Translations under genes and position numbers: made by a program
The notes under the pieces: model-generated
Databases searched by the model: none
What the model saw: the letters and a program-made list of their open reading frames with translations, nothing else
Told to the model about the DNA's origin: nothing
Assembly (NCBI GenBank): GCA_963664295.1
Contig: OY760935.1
Location: 992,001-1,056,000, forward strand
Direction of reading: 5' to 3'
DNA length: 64,000 bases
From: Candidatus Altimarinota bacterium
GTDB taxonomy: Bacteria; Patescibacteriota; Gracilibacteria; CAIRYL01; GCA-016699755
Part shown: piece after piece, positions 8,776 to 19,900 of the stretch
Numbering within the stretch: position 1 is the first letter of the stretch
Layout of the letters: the number at the start of each line of letters is the position of its first letter

Positions 8776-11700
8776 ATTAAGCCATAAATTATTTTTGTAG
8801 CTTGTGCGCGAGTAAGATTATCATTTGGTTTAAACTCTGTGTCTGAAAAACCTTTTACAATACCCAATTCTTTTGCTTTTTCTACCCACGTGATCTGCCA
8901 TGAATCCAAATCTTTAAAGTCTGATTTCTTTTTTGAGCCTTTTAGTCCCTTGATGGTTAGCAGGATTTTTAAAGCTTCAGCGCGGGTAATGTTGTTTTCT
9001 GGTCTTAATGTGCCATCATTATAACCCTTAATGGCATTTTTATTTTTTGCAAATTGTGCATAAGGCGCTAGTTCGTGGTTTGTGGGAATATCTATAAATG
9101 GATTTTGACTTACTGTTGGCAAGGCTTCTTCTCTTAGTGCATCCACGGCCATTTGCAGAAAATCACCACGAGTTATGGCTTTATTAGGATAAAACTTTTT
9201 ATTATCCTTAATAACACCAAATAATTTTAATTTTATTATATATTCTGTTGCCCACTCAGCATCTTTTAGGTCTGAAAATATTTGACTCGTTCCTCTTTTA
9301 ATTGGTGAACTGCCATTTTTTATTTCTTCATTGTCATCATGGCCATCGTTATCAGAGTCTATATTTTCTTCATCTGTACCTAAAAAGTGCTCTTCAATAT
9401 TGCTTAATCCGTCACCATCTAGGTCGTCTTCGCTTGTTGTATAGCCTTCTTCTGCGTTGTTTTCTTCGTTTTGATTATCATTACTGTTATCATTTTCGTT
9501 TTCACTGTTTCCCCCGGTTTTTTGGAGCAAGTCTTCATCAATAGAAACATCCCCAAGCTGATTTACAACAATGCTTTTGCAATAGTCCACCCCATTTTCC
9601 CCATCTTCGCCTTGACCGTTGATACAAAAAATAGTTGGATTTCTTATTTCTACTGTTTCGGAATTAATTTTTGATTTATTTTTAATGATTACGCCGTTGT
9701 TGTTGCCAAAATCAAGAGCCCTTACAGCAAATTGATTATTGTTTTTTGGATCAAAAGACAAAGATATTTTTGAATTATCAGTTAAAAATGGCAACAAATT
9801 GCCCTCTATTTTATATTCATCACCCTCTTCGTCTTCTGTTAATGGCATTTCAAATGGCGGAAAAGATAGATAAACAATGTTTTTTGTTGTTCTTATAAAA
9901 GCAGGTCCAGCAACTTCTTTGCTACCTTTTTTGAGATATATTTCGCTAAATGGTGCTATTTTTAATTTATCTATTGCAAACTCACTTTCAGGATCTCCTT
10001 CTTCAAAATTTAACTCAAGCTCCATTTGCTGTATTGCCAGATTAGAAACAAAGTTTTTAATATTTAAATTAGCAAGCACAAGCTCTTCTTGCTTTTCTTC
10101 TATAATTGCTGTTTTTTCCTCTGTTTCAAGTTTCTGAAAACTAAATTCAAGATATGCACTATCAGAAGGGGCTATTTCAAGGTCAAATCCTTCACTAATT
10201 TTTTCTTCTGGATAAGTTGCCTTAACTCGCAAAGACCCACTTTTTGCGTCTTCTGGAAGAATAGCAGTAATTTTTTTGCCACGACTATCAACATCAGTGA
10301 CTGTTAGCTCGGACTTATTTAGTGTGACAACATTGTGTTTAATATTTGTTGGAAAGTTATAGCCATAAATTTCAACTTTTTTGCCACGCACTTTGCCTTC
10401 TGGGAATAAAACTTTTTTAATCATTGGCGCAGCATAAACCGCGGTAGGATGGTCAGATCCAAAGGGCACCTCTAAAACATTGCTTTTATTTTTACCTCTT
10501 TGGACATAAATTTTAACAACTTTACTTGGTTCTTCGCTAAGCTCTACATCGGTGGAATCTTCTGGTAATAAAAATCCAGCCTCAATTTTTCCACCTGATA
10601 ATTTTACCCCGTCCAAGCCAATATTTTTGTCCAATTTAGCTCCGGAAACACTTAATTTAATGTCGCTAGTGTCGTTGCCAAAACCTGAACCGTATATTGT
10701 AAAAGGTGTGCCTTCATGGAAGCCATATTTGTCTTCTATTTTATAAATTCTTGGCTCCAAATTTTCTTCCAAATCATATTCAAATGGATTGGATTGATAT
10801 TTTTCGTAGGCTGTTATTAAAATTTCACCTTTTGTTTTAATGTCATTTTCAGTGTTAATGCGAATTTTGTTATATACTGTGCTAAATTCGTCTTGGCCAA
10901 TTTTTTTGCCACCTATTTTAATTTCAATATCGTCTTCATTTGTTGGTAAGTTGTTAGCAAAAATATCTAAGATTTTTTCCTGTCTTTTATCGCTTATATA
11001 TTCAATATTTGTTATTTCTACTGGATCTGATTTTTCGTAAACCAAAATATTGCTTTCTGTTTTATCAACCACAACTTTTATTAAAGAAAGTGGAGGTAAG
11101 GGCTTTGGTGCCTCTGCTTCTATGATAATTTTGCCATAATGGTTTTCGTAAATTTGTTCTGGTGTGACAGATTTATTATTAAATTTAACTTTTACTTTTT
11201 TTGTGTCATTAGGAATATTTTCAGCTACAATCTTAAAAAGATCCTTATTATCATCACTCACACCTTTTTCCACAGAAATATTTTGTATTATTGGAGGGAA
11301 AATTTTGGACATTTTTAATTCATTACTTTTTAAGCCATCACGAATAATTTCTATATCTTTTTGGTATTTTAAGCGCGGTAGTTTAAAACTAATTAAATTA
11401 TCAGTTATTTTATAGTTTTTAAGTCCGCTCAGGCTTATTTCGGTGTCAACAAATAGTCCGGAGAAATTTTTGCCATGGATTTCAACCTCCTTACCAGGCA
11501 AAATTCCGTCTTTTCCGTAAACAAAATAAATTTCTGGTGCTGGCACATCAACATAAAAAGGATCACTTTCCACTATTTCTTTTTTGTATTTTATTTCTAC
11601 TCTTATATTGCCGGACTTTGTGTCTTCATCAAGACGCACAGCCATATGATCAAATACAACATATTCAATGTCACTACTAACATTCAGCTCTTTGTTGTCA

Positions 11701-11933
11701 GGACCTGTGACATATACCTTAACTGTTGAGTCGTTGGCAAATTGTTCAAAATTTCTTCCTGTAATAACCATTAAAAAATTTTTTGCCTTTTTGTTTTCTT
11801 GAAAGGTGACATTGTAAATTTCCGGCTTACTTAATAACCCTTCTTCACCGTCTTCCTCTGCTTTTACATAACAGCAGGAAAAAACAAGAACAAAGCTTGT
11901 TAGTAAGGCAATAATTCTTTTTGTGTTAAACAT
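8766..11933 (-). CDS. Surface protein: IPT/TIG-like repeats, Ca-binding DxDxDG repeats, C-terminal SLH domains
   Basis: Signal peptide; repeated 'I.G.NF'/'IYGSGF' IPT motifs; 'DDLDGDGLSNIEE...DSDNDGHDD'; SLH motifs 'GYNDGTLRPENNITRAE', 'FKPNDNLTRAQ'; start 11933 or 11951. Confidence 0.85.
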   Translation of the reverse strand: MFNTKRIIALLTSFVLVFSCCYVKAEEDGEEGLLSKPEIYNVTFQENKKAKNFLMVITGRNFEQFANDSTVKVYVTGPDNKELNVSSDIEYVVFDHMAVRLDEDTKSGNIRVEIKYKKEIVESDPFYVDVPAPEIYFVYGKDGILPGKEVEIHGKNFSGLFVDTEISLSGLKNYKITDNLISFKLPRLKYQKDIEIIRDGLKSNELKMSKIFPPIIQNISVEKGVSDDNKDLFKIVAENIPNDTKKVKVKFNNKSVTPEQIYENHYGKIIIEAEAPKPLPPLSLIKVVVDKTESNILVYEKSDPVEITNIEYISDKRQEKILDIFANNLPTNEDDIEIKIGGKKIGQDEFSTVYNKIRINTENDIKTKGEILITAYEKYQSNPFEYDLEENLEPRIYKIEDKYGFHEGTPFTIYGSGFGNDTSDIKLSVSGAKLDKNIGLDGVKLSGGKIEAGFLLPEDSTDVELSEEPSKVVKIYVQRGKNKSNVLEVPFGSDHPTAVYAAPMIKKVLFPEGKVRGKKVEIYGYNFPTNIKHNVVTLNKSELTVTDVDSRGKKITAILPEDAKSGSLRVKATYPEEKISEGFDLEIAPSDSAYLEFSFQKLETEEKTAIIEEKQEELVLANLNIKNFVSNLAIQQMELELNFEEGDPESEFAIDKLKIAPFSEIYLKKGSKEVAGPAFIRTTKNIVYLSFPPFEMPLTEDEEGDEYKIEGNLLPFLTDNSKISLSFDPKNNNQFAVRALDFGNNNGVIIKNKSKINSETVEIRNPTIFCINGQGEDGENGVDYCKSIVVNQLGDVSIDEDLLQKTGGNSENENDNSNDNQNEENNAEEGYTTSEDDLDGDGLSNIEEHFLGTDEENIDSDNDGHDDNEEIKNGSSPIKRGTSQIFSDLKDAEWATEYIIKLKLFGVIKDNKKFYPNKAITRGDFLQMAVDALREEALPTVSQNPFIDIPTNHELAPYAQFAKNKNAIKGYNDGTLRPENNITRAEALKILLTIKGLKGSKKKSDFKDLDSWQITWVEKAKELGIVKGFSDTEFKPNDNLTRAQATKIIYGLIWN

Positions 11934-12007
11934 ATTTTTTAAATATATCAAGATGTTTATAACAAATTATTGTCTATTTTGCACGAAAAATAAACCTTTA
12001 ATGGAAA

Positions 12008-12505
12008 CTAGGCTTGATAATTTTTTTGTCTATTCCAAATAAAATCAAACTCTTTTTTTGTTGGGGCGTTTTTTCTGTCTTTTATTCTTTGATACGCTTT
12101 TTGTTTTGAACACTTTGCTGTAATTATTGTTTCGCAAAAACTAGGAAAATCAAACTTTTCCCACAAAGCACCCACAATAAACAAACTCTTTTTTTCTTTT
12201 TTTGCTTTATCTATGTGGTTTTTCATTTCTATTTTCATGTCTGGGTGAACTATTTTTTCTAGCTCATCAAGGCTTTTTTTTGAAGAAAAAACTATTTTTT
12301 TTAAGAGGCTCCTGTTGATTTCACTATTTTTGTTTAAAATTTGTTCCCCAAATTTTTTTATAAGTTGTGATTTAATTTTTTGTTTTTTTAATATACTGTG
12401 TCCAACTTCGTCCATTTCTAAAATAATGCCACCTTTTTTAAGGGCTAATTTTTTGGCAAGCGTGCTTTTGCCAGTTCCTATTTTACCAGTTATGCCAATT
12501 ATCAT
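12008..12505 (-). CDS. coaE: Dephospho-CoA kinase
   Basis: IGITGKIGTGKST P-loop; 'INRSLLKKIVF...LEKIVHP'. Confidence 0.88.
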   Translation of the reverse strand: MIIGITGKIGTGKSTLAKKLALKKGGIILEMDEVGHSILKKQKIKSQLIKKFGEQILNKNSEINRSLLKKIVFSSKKSLDELEKIVHPDMKIEMKNHIDKAKKEKKSLFIVGALWEKFDFPSFCETIITAKCSKQKAYQRIKDRKNAPTKKEFDFIWNRQKNYQA

Positions 12506-13119
12506 TTTTTTGGAGGAACACCTTTTTCTGCTATGTGTTTATGGACTATGTCCACTAATAATTCTTGTAGCGCATCAGCATTTTGCATTTTTTGTCCATT
12601 TATATATTCTTCTCTAATTTTGAGCACATATAGTTCTATGTTTTTTGGATTATTAGCGTTTTTTAGGACAACATGGTCCCCTGAAGTAAGGCCAGCATAA
12701 ATATCGCCATAGTTTAATACTGTGCCCAAAAAACCTTTTTTTTCGTAGGCAATCTCTTTGATGTCATTAAAGTCAACTCTTGATGATAGTCTGTGAAAAA
12801 GACTTTTCCACTCAACATCCAACATAGACATATTGGTCACTAGCCAGGCATCAAAATACCAGTCCATTAAGGCAGATAGGTATATCAAAGATGCAAAAAT
12901 AGTCCACAAAACAGAAAGCCAAAACATAGGCGGAAAAAGCATCCAAAGAACCCAAGGCATTGCCCAGCCAAGAAAAAATATCTTTGTAGACATTTTAAAG
13001 ATTTCAATCCAATGCTTATGTCCAACAAAAAGGATTTTTTCTCCTTCTGCCAAGTGGGACCGAAAAATTATTTTTTGAAGTATCACAGATACAGTTTGAC
13101 AAAAAATTTGCTTTTGCAA
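12502..13119 (-). CDS. Membrane protein with bacterial PH (bPH_2-like) domain
   Basis: Two TM helices followed by 'WLVTN...KGFLGTVLNYGDI'; start uncertain (GTG at 13086 plausible). Confidence 0.7.
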   Translation of the reverse strand: MQKQIFCQTVSVILQKIIFRSHLAEGEKILFVGHKHWIEIFKMSTKIFFLGWAMPWVLWMLFPPMFWLSVLWTIFASLIYLSALMDWYFDAWLVTNMSMLDVEWKSLFHRLSSRVDFNDIKEIAYEKKGFLGTVLNYGDIYAGLTSGDHVVLKNANNPKNIELYVLKIREEYINGQKMQNADALQELLVDIVHKHIAEKGVPPKK

Positions 13120-13166
13120 AAGTAAGATTTTTGTGTGAAAATTTTTTTTGTAATAATATTAGGGGT

Positions 13167-14285
13167 ATGGAAGAAAACAATAACAATCAATTTGCGGGAA
13201 ATAATGAGGAAAATTTAAGCGAGAAAAGCCTAGATGATATTCGCAAAGAGCAAGTTGATAATGAAAAAATTGAGGAAAAAACTTCGGAAATCAAGAATAC
13301 AGAAGAAAAACCACATTTAAAGCTAAGTGTAGACCTTGGCTCTGCTATGCAACCGTCTCAACATGCACAAGAAGAAAAACCCAAGCCAGAAGAAAAAGAA
13401 AAAACCCAAGAACAAGTGCAAGAAGAAAGTGACAAACAAAAAGAACAAGAAGAAAAACCTAAGCCAGAAGAAAAAGTAGGCTTAAAACTGGAAGGTGTTT
13501 ATCAGCCAAAAGGAAAAATGTGGGGCAAGGTTGTTAAAAAAGAAGGAGAAAGCGAATTGCGTTTTCAGATGCGAAAAATTTTAATGTTTTTAGCAGATTT
13601 ATTTTTGGATATTGTTATTATTTTAATAATAGTTGTGTTTATTAGAGTTTTTCTCATGTCGCCTTTTCAGGTAAAAGGCAGATCCATGTATGATACTTTT
13701 GAAAATGGTGATTTTATCATTGTTGACGAAATAAGTTATCGCTTTGGTGACCCCCAGAGAGGAGATATTATTGTTTTTAAGCCTCCTACAAAAGATAGTG
13801 TTTCTGAGCAAACTGGTTTAGCTTGTTTTTTTAGAAAAACTTATGCACGCATAACAGGAGAAAATACAGAAACAGCCTGTATTGTTTCGGATTATTTTGT
13901 AAAAAGAATTATTGGCACACCTGGAGACACTGTTAAGATTAAAGATGGCAAAGTCTATGTAAAACCACGCAATTCAGACAATGAATTTAAGTTAGTGGAA
14001 GCTTATCTTATGCCAGAAAATCAAAATCACACTTGCTTAACCCAGTCTAACTCTTGCGCTACTACTCTTGACATGGATGGTAAAACTTTTGAAGTTCCAG
14101 AGGATTTTTATTTCGTTTTAGGCGACAACAGAAATGGAAGCAATGACTCAAGACATTGGCAAGAAAACGGTCAGCCGTCTTCATATGTTCCTTTTGATAA
14201 TATTCGTGGTAAGGTGCGCGTTGTTATTTGGCCATTGAATGATATTCAGTGGGTTGGTAAAGAAAATTATGAAAGCGAACAATAA
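13167..14285 (+). CDS. lepB: Signal peptidase I with long charged N-terminal extension
   Basis: 'VKGRSMYDTF', 'RGDIIVF', 'FVKRIIGTPGD', 'GDNRNGSNDSR'. Confidence 0.93.
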   Translation: MEENNNNQFAGNNEENLSEKSLDDIRKEQVDNEKIEEKTSEIKNTEEKPHLKLSVDLGSAMQPSQHAQEEKPKPEEKEKTQEQVQEESDKQKEQEEKPKPEEKVGLKLEGVYQPKGKMWGKVVKKEGESELRFQMRKILMFLADLFLDIVIILIIVVFIRVFLMSPFQVKGRSMYDTFENGDFIIVDEISYRFGDPQRGDIIVFKPPTKDSVSEQTGLACFFRKTYARITGENTETACIVSDYFVKRIIGTPGDTVKIKDGKVYVKPRNSDNEFKLVEAYLMPENQNHTCLTQSNSCATTLDMDGKTFEVPEDFYFVLGDNRNGSNDSRHWQENGQPSSYVPFDNIRGKVRVVIWPLNDIQWVGKENYESEQ

Positions 14286-14286
14286 A

Positions 14287-15708
14287 CTAGCTTAATAGTT
14301 TTTTTAGGATTTCATTTACTGCTTTTGGGTTTGCTTGACCCTTGCTTTTTTGCATAACTTTGCCGACTAAGGCTCCCAAAGCTCGATCTTTACCGCCTTT
14401 ATAGTCTTCTGCTATTTGAGCATTTTCACTGATGACTTCTTGGCAGAATTTTTCAATTTCTCCTTGATCAGAGATTTGTACTAAGCCTTTTTCTTCAATG
14501 TATTTTTCAGGATCTAAATTATCACCAGCAATTGTTGGAAAAATTTCCTTAGCAATTTTATTTGATATTTCTCCAGCTTCTACTAAAGCAATAAGTTTAC
14601 CTAAATTTTCCGCAGAAAGTTGGCAATTTGGATTTTCTTTTAATAAAGCCAGATAGTCGCCAATAATCCAGTTTGCTGTTTTTTGTGGGCTTTTTGTAAT
14701 TTTTACAGTTTCTTCAAAAAAATCAGCTAATTGTTTTTCGCTGGTTAAAACCACTGCTTGAGCAAACGGCAAAGCGTGTTCTTCTATAAAACGCAGAGTT
14801 TTTGTTGCTGGTAATTCTGGTAATTCTTTTTTTATTGTTTCCACTTCTTGGTCTGTGGTTTCGATTGGCGGTAGGTCTGGCTCAGGAAAGTAACGATAAT
14901 CTGCGCTTTCTTCTTTTGTTCTTTGGCTTATGCTTTTTTCTTTGTCTGCATCCCAGCCTCTTGTTTCTTGAATTATTTTTTCACCATTTTCTAGTGCCTT
15001 TTTTTGTCTTTTTATTTCATATTCCATTGCTTTTTTTACATTGGCAAAAGAATTCATGTTTTTTATTTCCACCTTTGTGCCAAACTCTTTTGCACCTTTT
15101 TTACGAATTGAAATATTAGCATCACATCTCATCATTCCTTTTTCCATGTCTGCATCAGAAGTGCCTAAATAACGCATTATTTTTTGTAGTTCTTTTAAAA
15201 ACTCAAAAACTTCATCTGGTGAACGAAAATCAGGCTCAGTCACTATTTCCAAAAGAGGAGAGCCGGCTCTATTAAGATCAACAAGTGAAGAATGAGCGCC
15301 TTCATGCATCAATTTGCCAGCGTCATTTTCCAGATGAGCCCTGTTGATACGAAAAGTTTTTTTCTTTTTTTCAATAAGCACATCAACTTCACCTTTTTCT
15401 GCTACAGGTTCGTCAAATTGAGAAATTTGAAAGCCGGAAGGCAAGTCTGGATAAAAATAACTTTTGCGATCAAATTTTGAATATGGAAGAAGTTTACATT
15501 TTAAAGCTAATGCGGTTTTTTGTGCCATTTTTAATGCACTTTGGTTTAATACTGGCAGTGTGCCAGGAAAACCGCTACAAACCGGGCATATTAAAGTGTT
15601 TGCCTCTTTGTTAAAAGTATCATTTGAGCAATTACAAAAAAGCTTGGTTTTGCTTTTTAGTCTAACGTGGATTTCTAGTCCTCCTACCATTTCGTAAGTA
15701 TTTTCCAT
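14287..15708 (-). CDS. gatB: Asp-tRNA(Asn)/Glu-tRNA(Gln) amidotransferase subunit B
   Basis: GLEIH, YFYPDLP, DLNRAGSPLLEIVTEPD, DYRYFPEPDLPP. Confidence 0.98.
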   Translation of the reverse strand: MENTYEMVGGLEIHVRLKSKTKLFCNCSNDTFNKEANTLICPVCSGFPGTLPVLNQSALKMAQKTALALKCKLLPYSKFDRKSYFYPDLPSGFQISQFDEPVAEKGEVDVLIEKKKKTFRINRAHLENDAGKLMHEGAHSSLVDLNRAGSPLLEIVTEPDFRSPDEVFEFLKELQKIMRYLGTSDADMEKGMMRCDANISIRKKGAKEFGTKVEIKNMNSFANVKKAMEYEIKRQKKALENGEKIIQETRGWDADKEKSISQRTKEESADYRYFPEPDLPPIETTDQEVETIKKELPELPATKTLRFIEEHALPFAQAVVLTSEKQLADFFEETVKITKSPQKTANWIIGDYLALLKENPNCQLSAENLGKLIALVEAGEISNKIAKEIFPTIAGDNLDPEKYIEEKGLVQISDQGEIEKFCQEVISENAQIAEDYKGGKDRALGALVGKVMQKSKGQANPKAVNEILKKLLS

Positions 15709-15770
15709 AAAAATAATCCTAAAAAATAACGATACAATTTTTGCACAAAACTATTTTTGTAGCAAAATCT

Positions 15771-16880
15771 TTATTGTTCCATAAGACTTTTTATTTCTGC
15801 GGTAATTGCTTTTTTGAAATTTTCTTCTGAAAATTGTTCAGCATGGGCACTTATTTTTTTGTAATCAAAGTTTTTTTCAATTTCAAAAAAATAAGTCATG
15901 GCATTTAATAGCGAGTCTTCGTTTTGTTCATCAAAAAATACACCTGTTTTTTCAGGAACTACAGACTCTTGCAACCCTGCAGAATTAAAAGCAATAACTG
16001 GCTTTCCGGACGCCATTGCTTCAACAGGAGTAATGCCAAAATCTTCTATCCCCGGAAAAATAAAACCACGACAATTTTGTATGTATTCGGTGACAACAGA
16101 GTCACTTTTTCTTCCTAAAAATTCAATATTTTTTCCAGCAATGTCTTTTAGATAATCTAAGTCATCGCCTGCTCCAATAATAATTAGTTTGTGCTTAGGA
16201 ATTCTATTAAAAGCTTTTATGGCAATGTCTATTTTTTTGTATGGTTGGAGAGCAGAAACTATTAAAAAATAGCCTTCATTTGTTTTTGTGGGTGTAAATC
16301 TTTTTGTGTTTACAGGAGGAAAAATTACATTAGCATCTTTGCGCCAAAATTTATCTATCCTTCTTTGTACTGTTTTTGAGTTAGCGATAATTTTTTCTGC
16401 CCTTGCTGATGCGACAAAATCCCACATTCTTAATTTATGAGCATAATTATAAATCATTGCTTTTTTTAGCCTACCAAATATGCTTTTTTTTGCTTGTTGA
16501 TCTGCTACTTGATGATAATAGTCCCAAACATAACGCATGGGAGAGTGGCAATAACAAAGGTGTTTTGTGTCTGTGTTGGTTAAAATTCCATGCGCAAAAG
16601 CACTAGACGAAGAAATTACTAAGTCGTAATCATTAAAATTAAAACTCTCTATTGCTTTTGGCATTTTTGTGCGCAAAAAAGAGAGAGGAACACCAAACTT
16701 ATAGCTTTCATTTATTTTGGCTGTTTTAACTTTTTCTTTTGGAAAATCCTGTCCGCACTTTTTTTCATCATAAAGCAGAGTGTATATTGGGGCTTTTGGG
16801 AACATTTCACTAAAAATTTTGGCCACTCTTTCAGCGCCACCTAGTTTAATCAAAAGCTCATGTACAATTGCTATTTTCAT
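15771..16880 (-). CDS. Glycosyltransferase family 4 (GT-B)
   Basis: GGAER, YCHSPMRY, EDFGITPVEAMASGKPVIA. Confidence 0.93.
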   Translation of the reverse strand: MKIAIVHELLIKLGGAERVAKIFSEMFPKAPIYTLLYDEKKCGQDFPKEKVKTAKINESYKFGVPLSFLRTKMPKAIESFNFNDYDLVISSSSAFAHGILTNTDTKHLCYCHSPMRYVWDYYHQVADQQAKKSIFGRLKKAMIYNYAHKLRMWDFVASARAEKIIANSKTVQRRIDKFWRKDANVIFPPVNTKRFTPTKTNEGYFLIVSALQPYKKIDIAIKAFNRIPKHKLIIIGAGDDLDYLKDIAGKNIEFLGRKSDSVVTEYIQNCRGFIFPGIEDFGITPVEAMASGKPVIAFNSAGLQESVVPEKTGVFFDEQNEDSLLNAMTYFFEIEKNFDYKKISAHAEQFSEENFKKAITAEIKSLMEQ

Positions 16881-16993
16881 GGACAGTTATAGGTCTTTAA
16901 ATTGTGTCATAAAAACAAAAAAACCAAAAGAATAAAATTTACTTGACAAATATAAAAAAAAAGTAAAAAATAACAATCCTTTAGTATAAGGAC

Positions 16994-19900
16994 ATGAAAA
17001 ATACAGCTAATAAACGACCTGTTGATAGTTGGGAATCAGCTGGTACCCAAAAAAAACAGGAAAATTTGCGCTCTATTGAGGGTGGTATTAGTTCAGAAAT
17101 GGCAACTGCTGAAATAACCGTTGAAAGAGAAAGAGCAAAAACATCATTAGGTGTTGAAAGACAGCTTGCTGTTTTGCCTAGTCTTGTTGAGGATAAGACG
17201 GCGTCATTAACTGATCAGCAAAAAAAATTGGCTCAAAGATATTGTTTTGTGAGTAATAAGGCTCAAGAAAGTGATGAAAAATTAGAACAAGCAGAGGCTC
17301 GACTTTTAGAAGCAGAGCAAAAATTAACAAACAATAGTTTGCCTGCGAAATATCAAAAACAGGTAAAAGCTGAATTAGAAAACGCACAAAGAGCTTATGA
17401 AAAAGCAAAAAAAGCACAAGAAAAAGATAGCGAGAGATTACAAAAATTATTAAACCAAAATGGTTTTACAACATTAGTAAGTGATCTTGATTTAGATAAC
17501 CCAAAAAATAAGCAAGCAATTGCAGGAGAAGTTAATAGGAGTAATGTTCATAAAATTAAAGCAAAAGAGGGCGTATTGTCTGTTGCAATGGGTAAATTAA
17601 GCTTAGCAACATTAACACCGCTTAATGCAGGTGAGATAGCACACGCTATTCGTTATTGCGTACCAAGAGACAAAAGGTCTCGTATGTTAAATAATGTTTA
17701 TTTATATAACTCAAGAGCACTTGCTGTTTGTGAGCTACATGAAGAAATACATGAACTTGATAAAACAATAATTCCTCTTCAAAAAGCAATGGAAGAAGTT
17801 GGGGTTAATGACCCAAAATATGCTGAATATGAAGATCGTTTGGTAAAAGCAAATAAAAAATCAGAAGTGCTCAATGAAAGGCTTCTTAAGTTATTAAAAA
17901 AAGGCGATCGTTTGCACGGTGCTATTTTTTCTGCACTTAAAAAAGTAGGCGTAGAAATTGAGCAAAAAGAAGAAAGCGAGGCTAGCATCAAAGCTAGCCA
18001 ACAAGGAATATTGAATTCATTTAAAGGCCTAGAAACAAAATTGAAAGCAGGAAATGTTTCTGCAAAAAAAATGGAAGCAGACTTGCAACCTATAATGACT
18101 CATTTGTTGTTGTTGCGCGGTGTTACACAAAACGCGAAAGACGGCAAGTTGAACCTAAAAGCAAAAGAACAAAAAGCTTTTGAAATACTTGGTGATAAGT
18201 TGCCTATAATTGAAGATGCGCTTAATAGCATTCTTGATACACTTGAAGAATCGGAACAAGCGCAAAAAACAAAAAAAGGATTTCTTTCGAAAGTTAAAGG
18301 TTTTTTGCGTAAACCTAAAGCAAAAAAAGTGGCAAAAGTGGCAATGTTAACTATGGCTACTCTTTCTGTTAATAGTGGCATCATCACTGATGCGGTATCT
18401 GATTTTTTTAGTGAATTAAACGACTTGGACTTAGGCGATAGTGATTTTGCAAAAGCTTTGCAAAATGCTTTTGCAGGTTTGGCAGATGGTTTAGACAATA
18501 TTGGCGACTCCGCACTTGCTTCAGAAAGTACTACCTTGAGTAGTGGCGTAAAAGCTGAACAAATTAAAGAAGGTGATACGCTGGGGCAAATTGCTGACAA
18601 AATGAGTGTAGATAATTGGCAGAATTTGCAAGTTAGTGAGGACGGAGGTCAAACATGGACTAGTGCTGAAAAAATAAATGAATATGCTATTCAGCCAGGT
18701 TGGTTAGTGGCTACTGATGGCGCTCAGCAAAGTGCGCCAATAATAAGTAATGATTACCAGACCGAAACTGTTAAAAAAGGTGATTACCTTTTTAAGATGT
18801 TAGATAGAATGCCAGGGGCTAATTCTTTAGATGACTTAGAAATTAGCATGAATGGCGGGGTTAGCTGGACAAGATATGGTGATTTTAATAATCCTAATTA
18901 CTTAGAACCAGGCTGGCAAGTAAGGACAGCAACGCAAAACATTTCAACTCAAACAGCTAGCTTTACAGAGACGCACATTGATCCTCCTCAAAACACAGAA
19001 CAAATAGAGGTAGTTGAAAATAGTGGTGAAATTAAATTAAGAGCATCAGCGTCAGTAAAAGAAGCAAACTTGCCACAAGCAAGACCTCAAGCAAAAGAAA
19101 TTATTAGAGCAGATATTGGCACAGCAACAAAAGTAGATTCTGCAACAATTATTGTACCAGGCGAAAATGACGATATACCAGGTCAAATGGAAAGAAGATT
19201 GGATCCTGTAAACATGCCACAAACAGAAAGAACATTTTTTAATGGTAATGTTTTAGTTGGCGGTGGGGTTAGTTATTTTAATGGACAAGTAGGCTCTCAT
19301 GGCGAGGCCTATGCCGGCGGTGATCATTTTGCTATTGGCGCTGAAGCAGGTTATGCAAGTGATAATGCCTATGCAAGCCCTAGCGCTGGTTATTTTTCAG
19401 ATAATTTTGATTTAGCAGTAAAAGCCATGTTTGCTAAAGGCAAATTAAAATCAGCTTTAAGTTTGCCAAATGGTGATCATGTATTTGAAACTGAACACAC
19501 AAAAACAGGTGTTGGGTCTCATTTAGGAGTAAACCTTGGTTCAGGACCAGTTAAGAGAGCAGAAGTTACGCTTGGTTATGAAAAAACATCAAGTGAAGAT
19601 GCTGGAAGTGCATCTTTTAGGGCTGATAATGGAGATTTGTTTAAATATGATGTAAAAGCAGAAGGTGCAACTGAAAAGTTTGGCAAAGTTAATCTTATTA
19701 GCAACCCCTTTCAGCTTGGCGGAGGTTGGACAGCAAATTCTAATGTTGGAGTTTTGCATGAAAGCTTAAACTTTGATGAGCCTACAGGATATAAATTAAC
19801 AGATAATGGTGAAGATTTTACAACTCCTGTTGTAGGAGCTTCTGTTGAAAGTAGTGGAAAAACCCAGTGGAAGTTTGCAGGAGAAATGGGTGCCAATTAT

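Noticed and set aside
13365-13476. Duplicated QEEKPKPEEK in the LepB N-terminus
   Set aside because: Low-complexity disordered linker with only two copies
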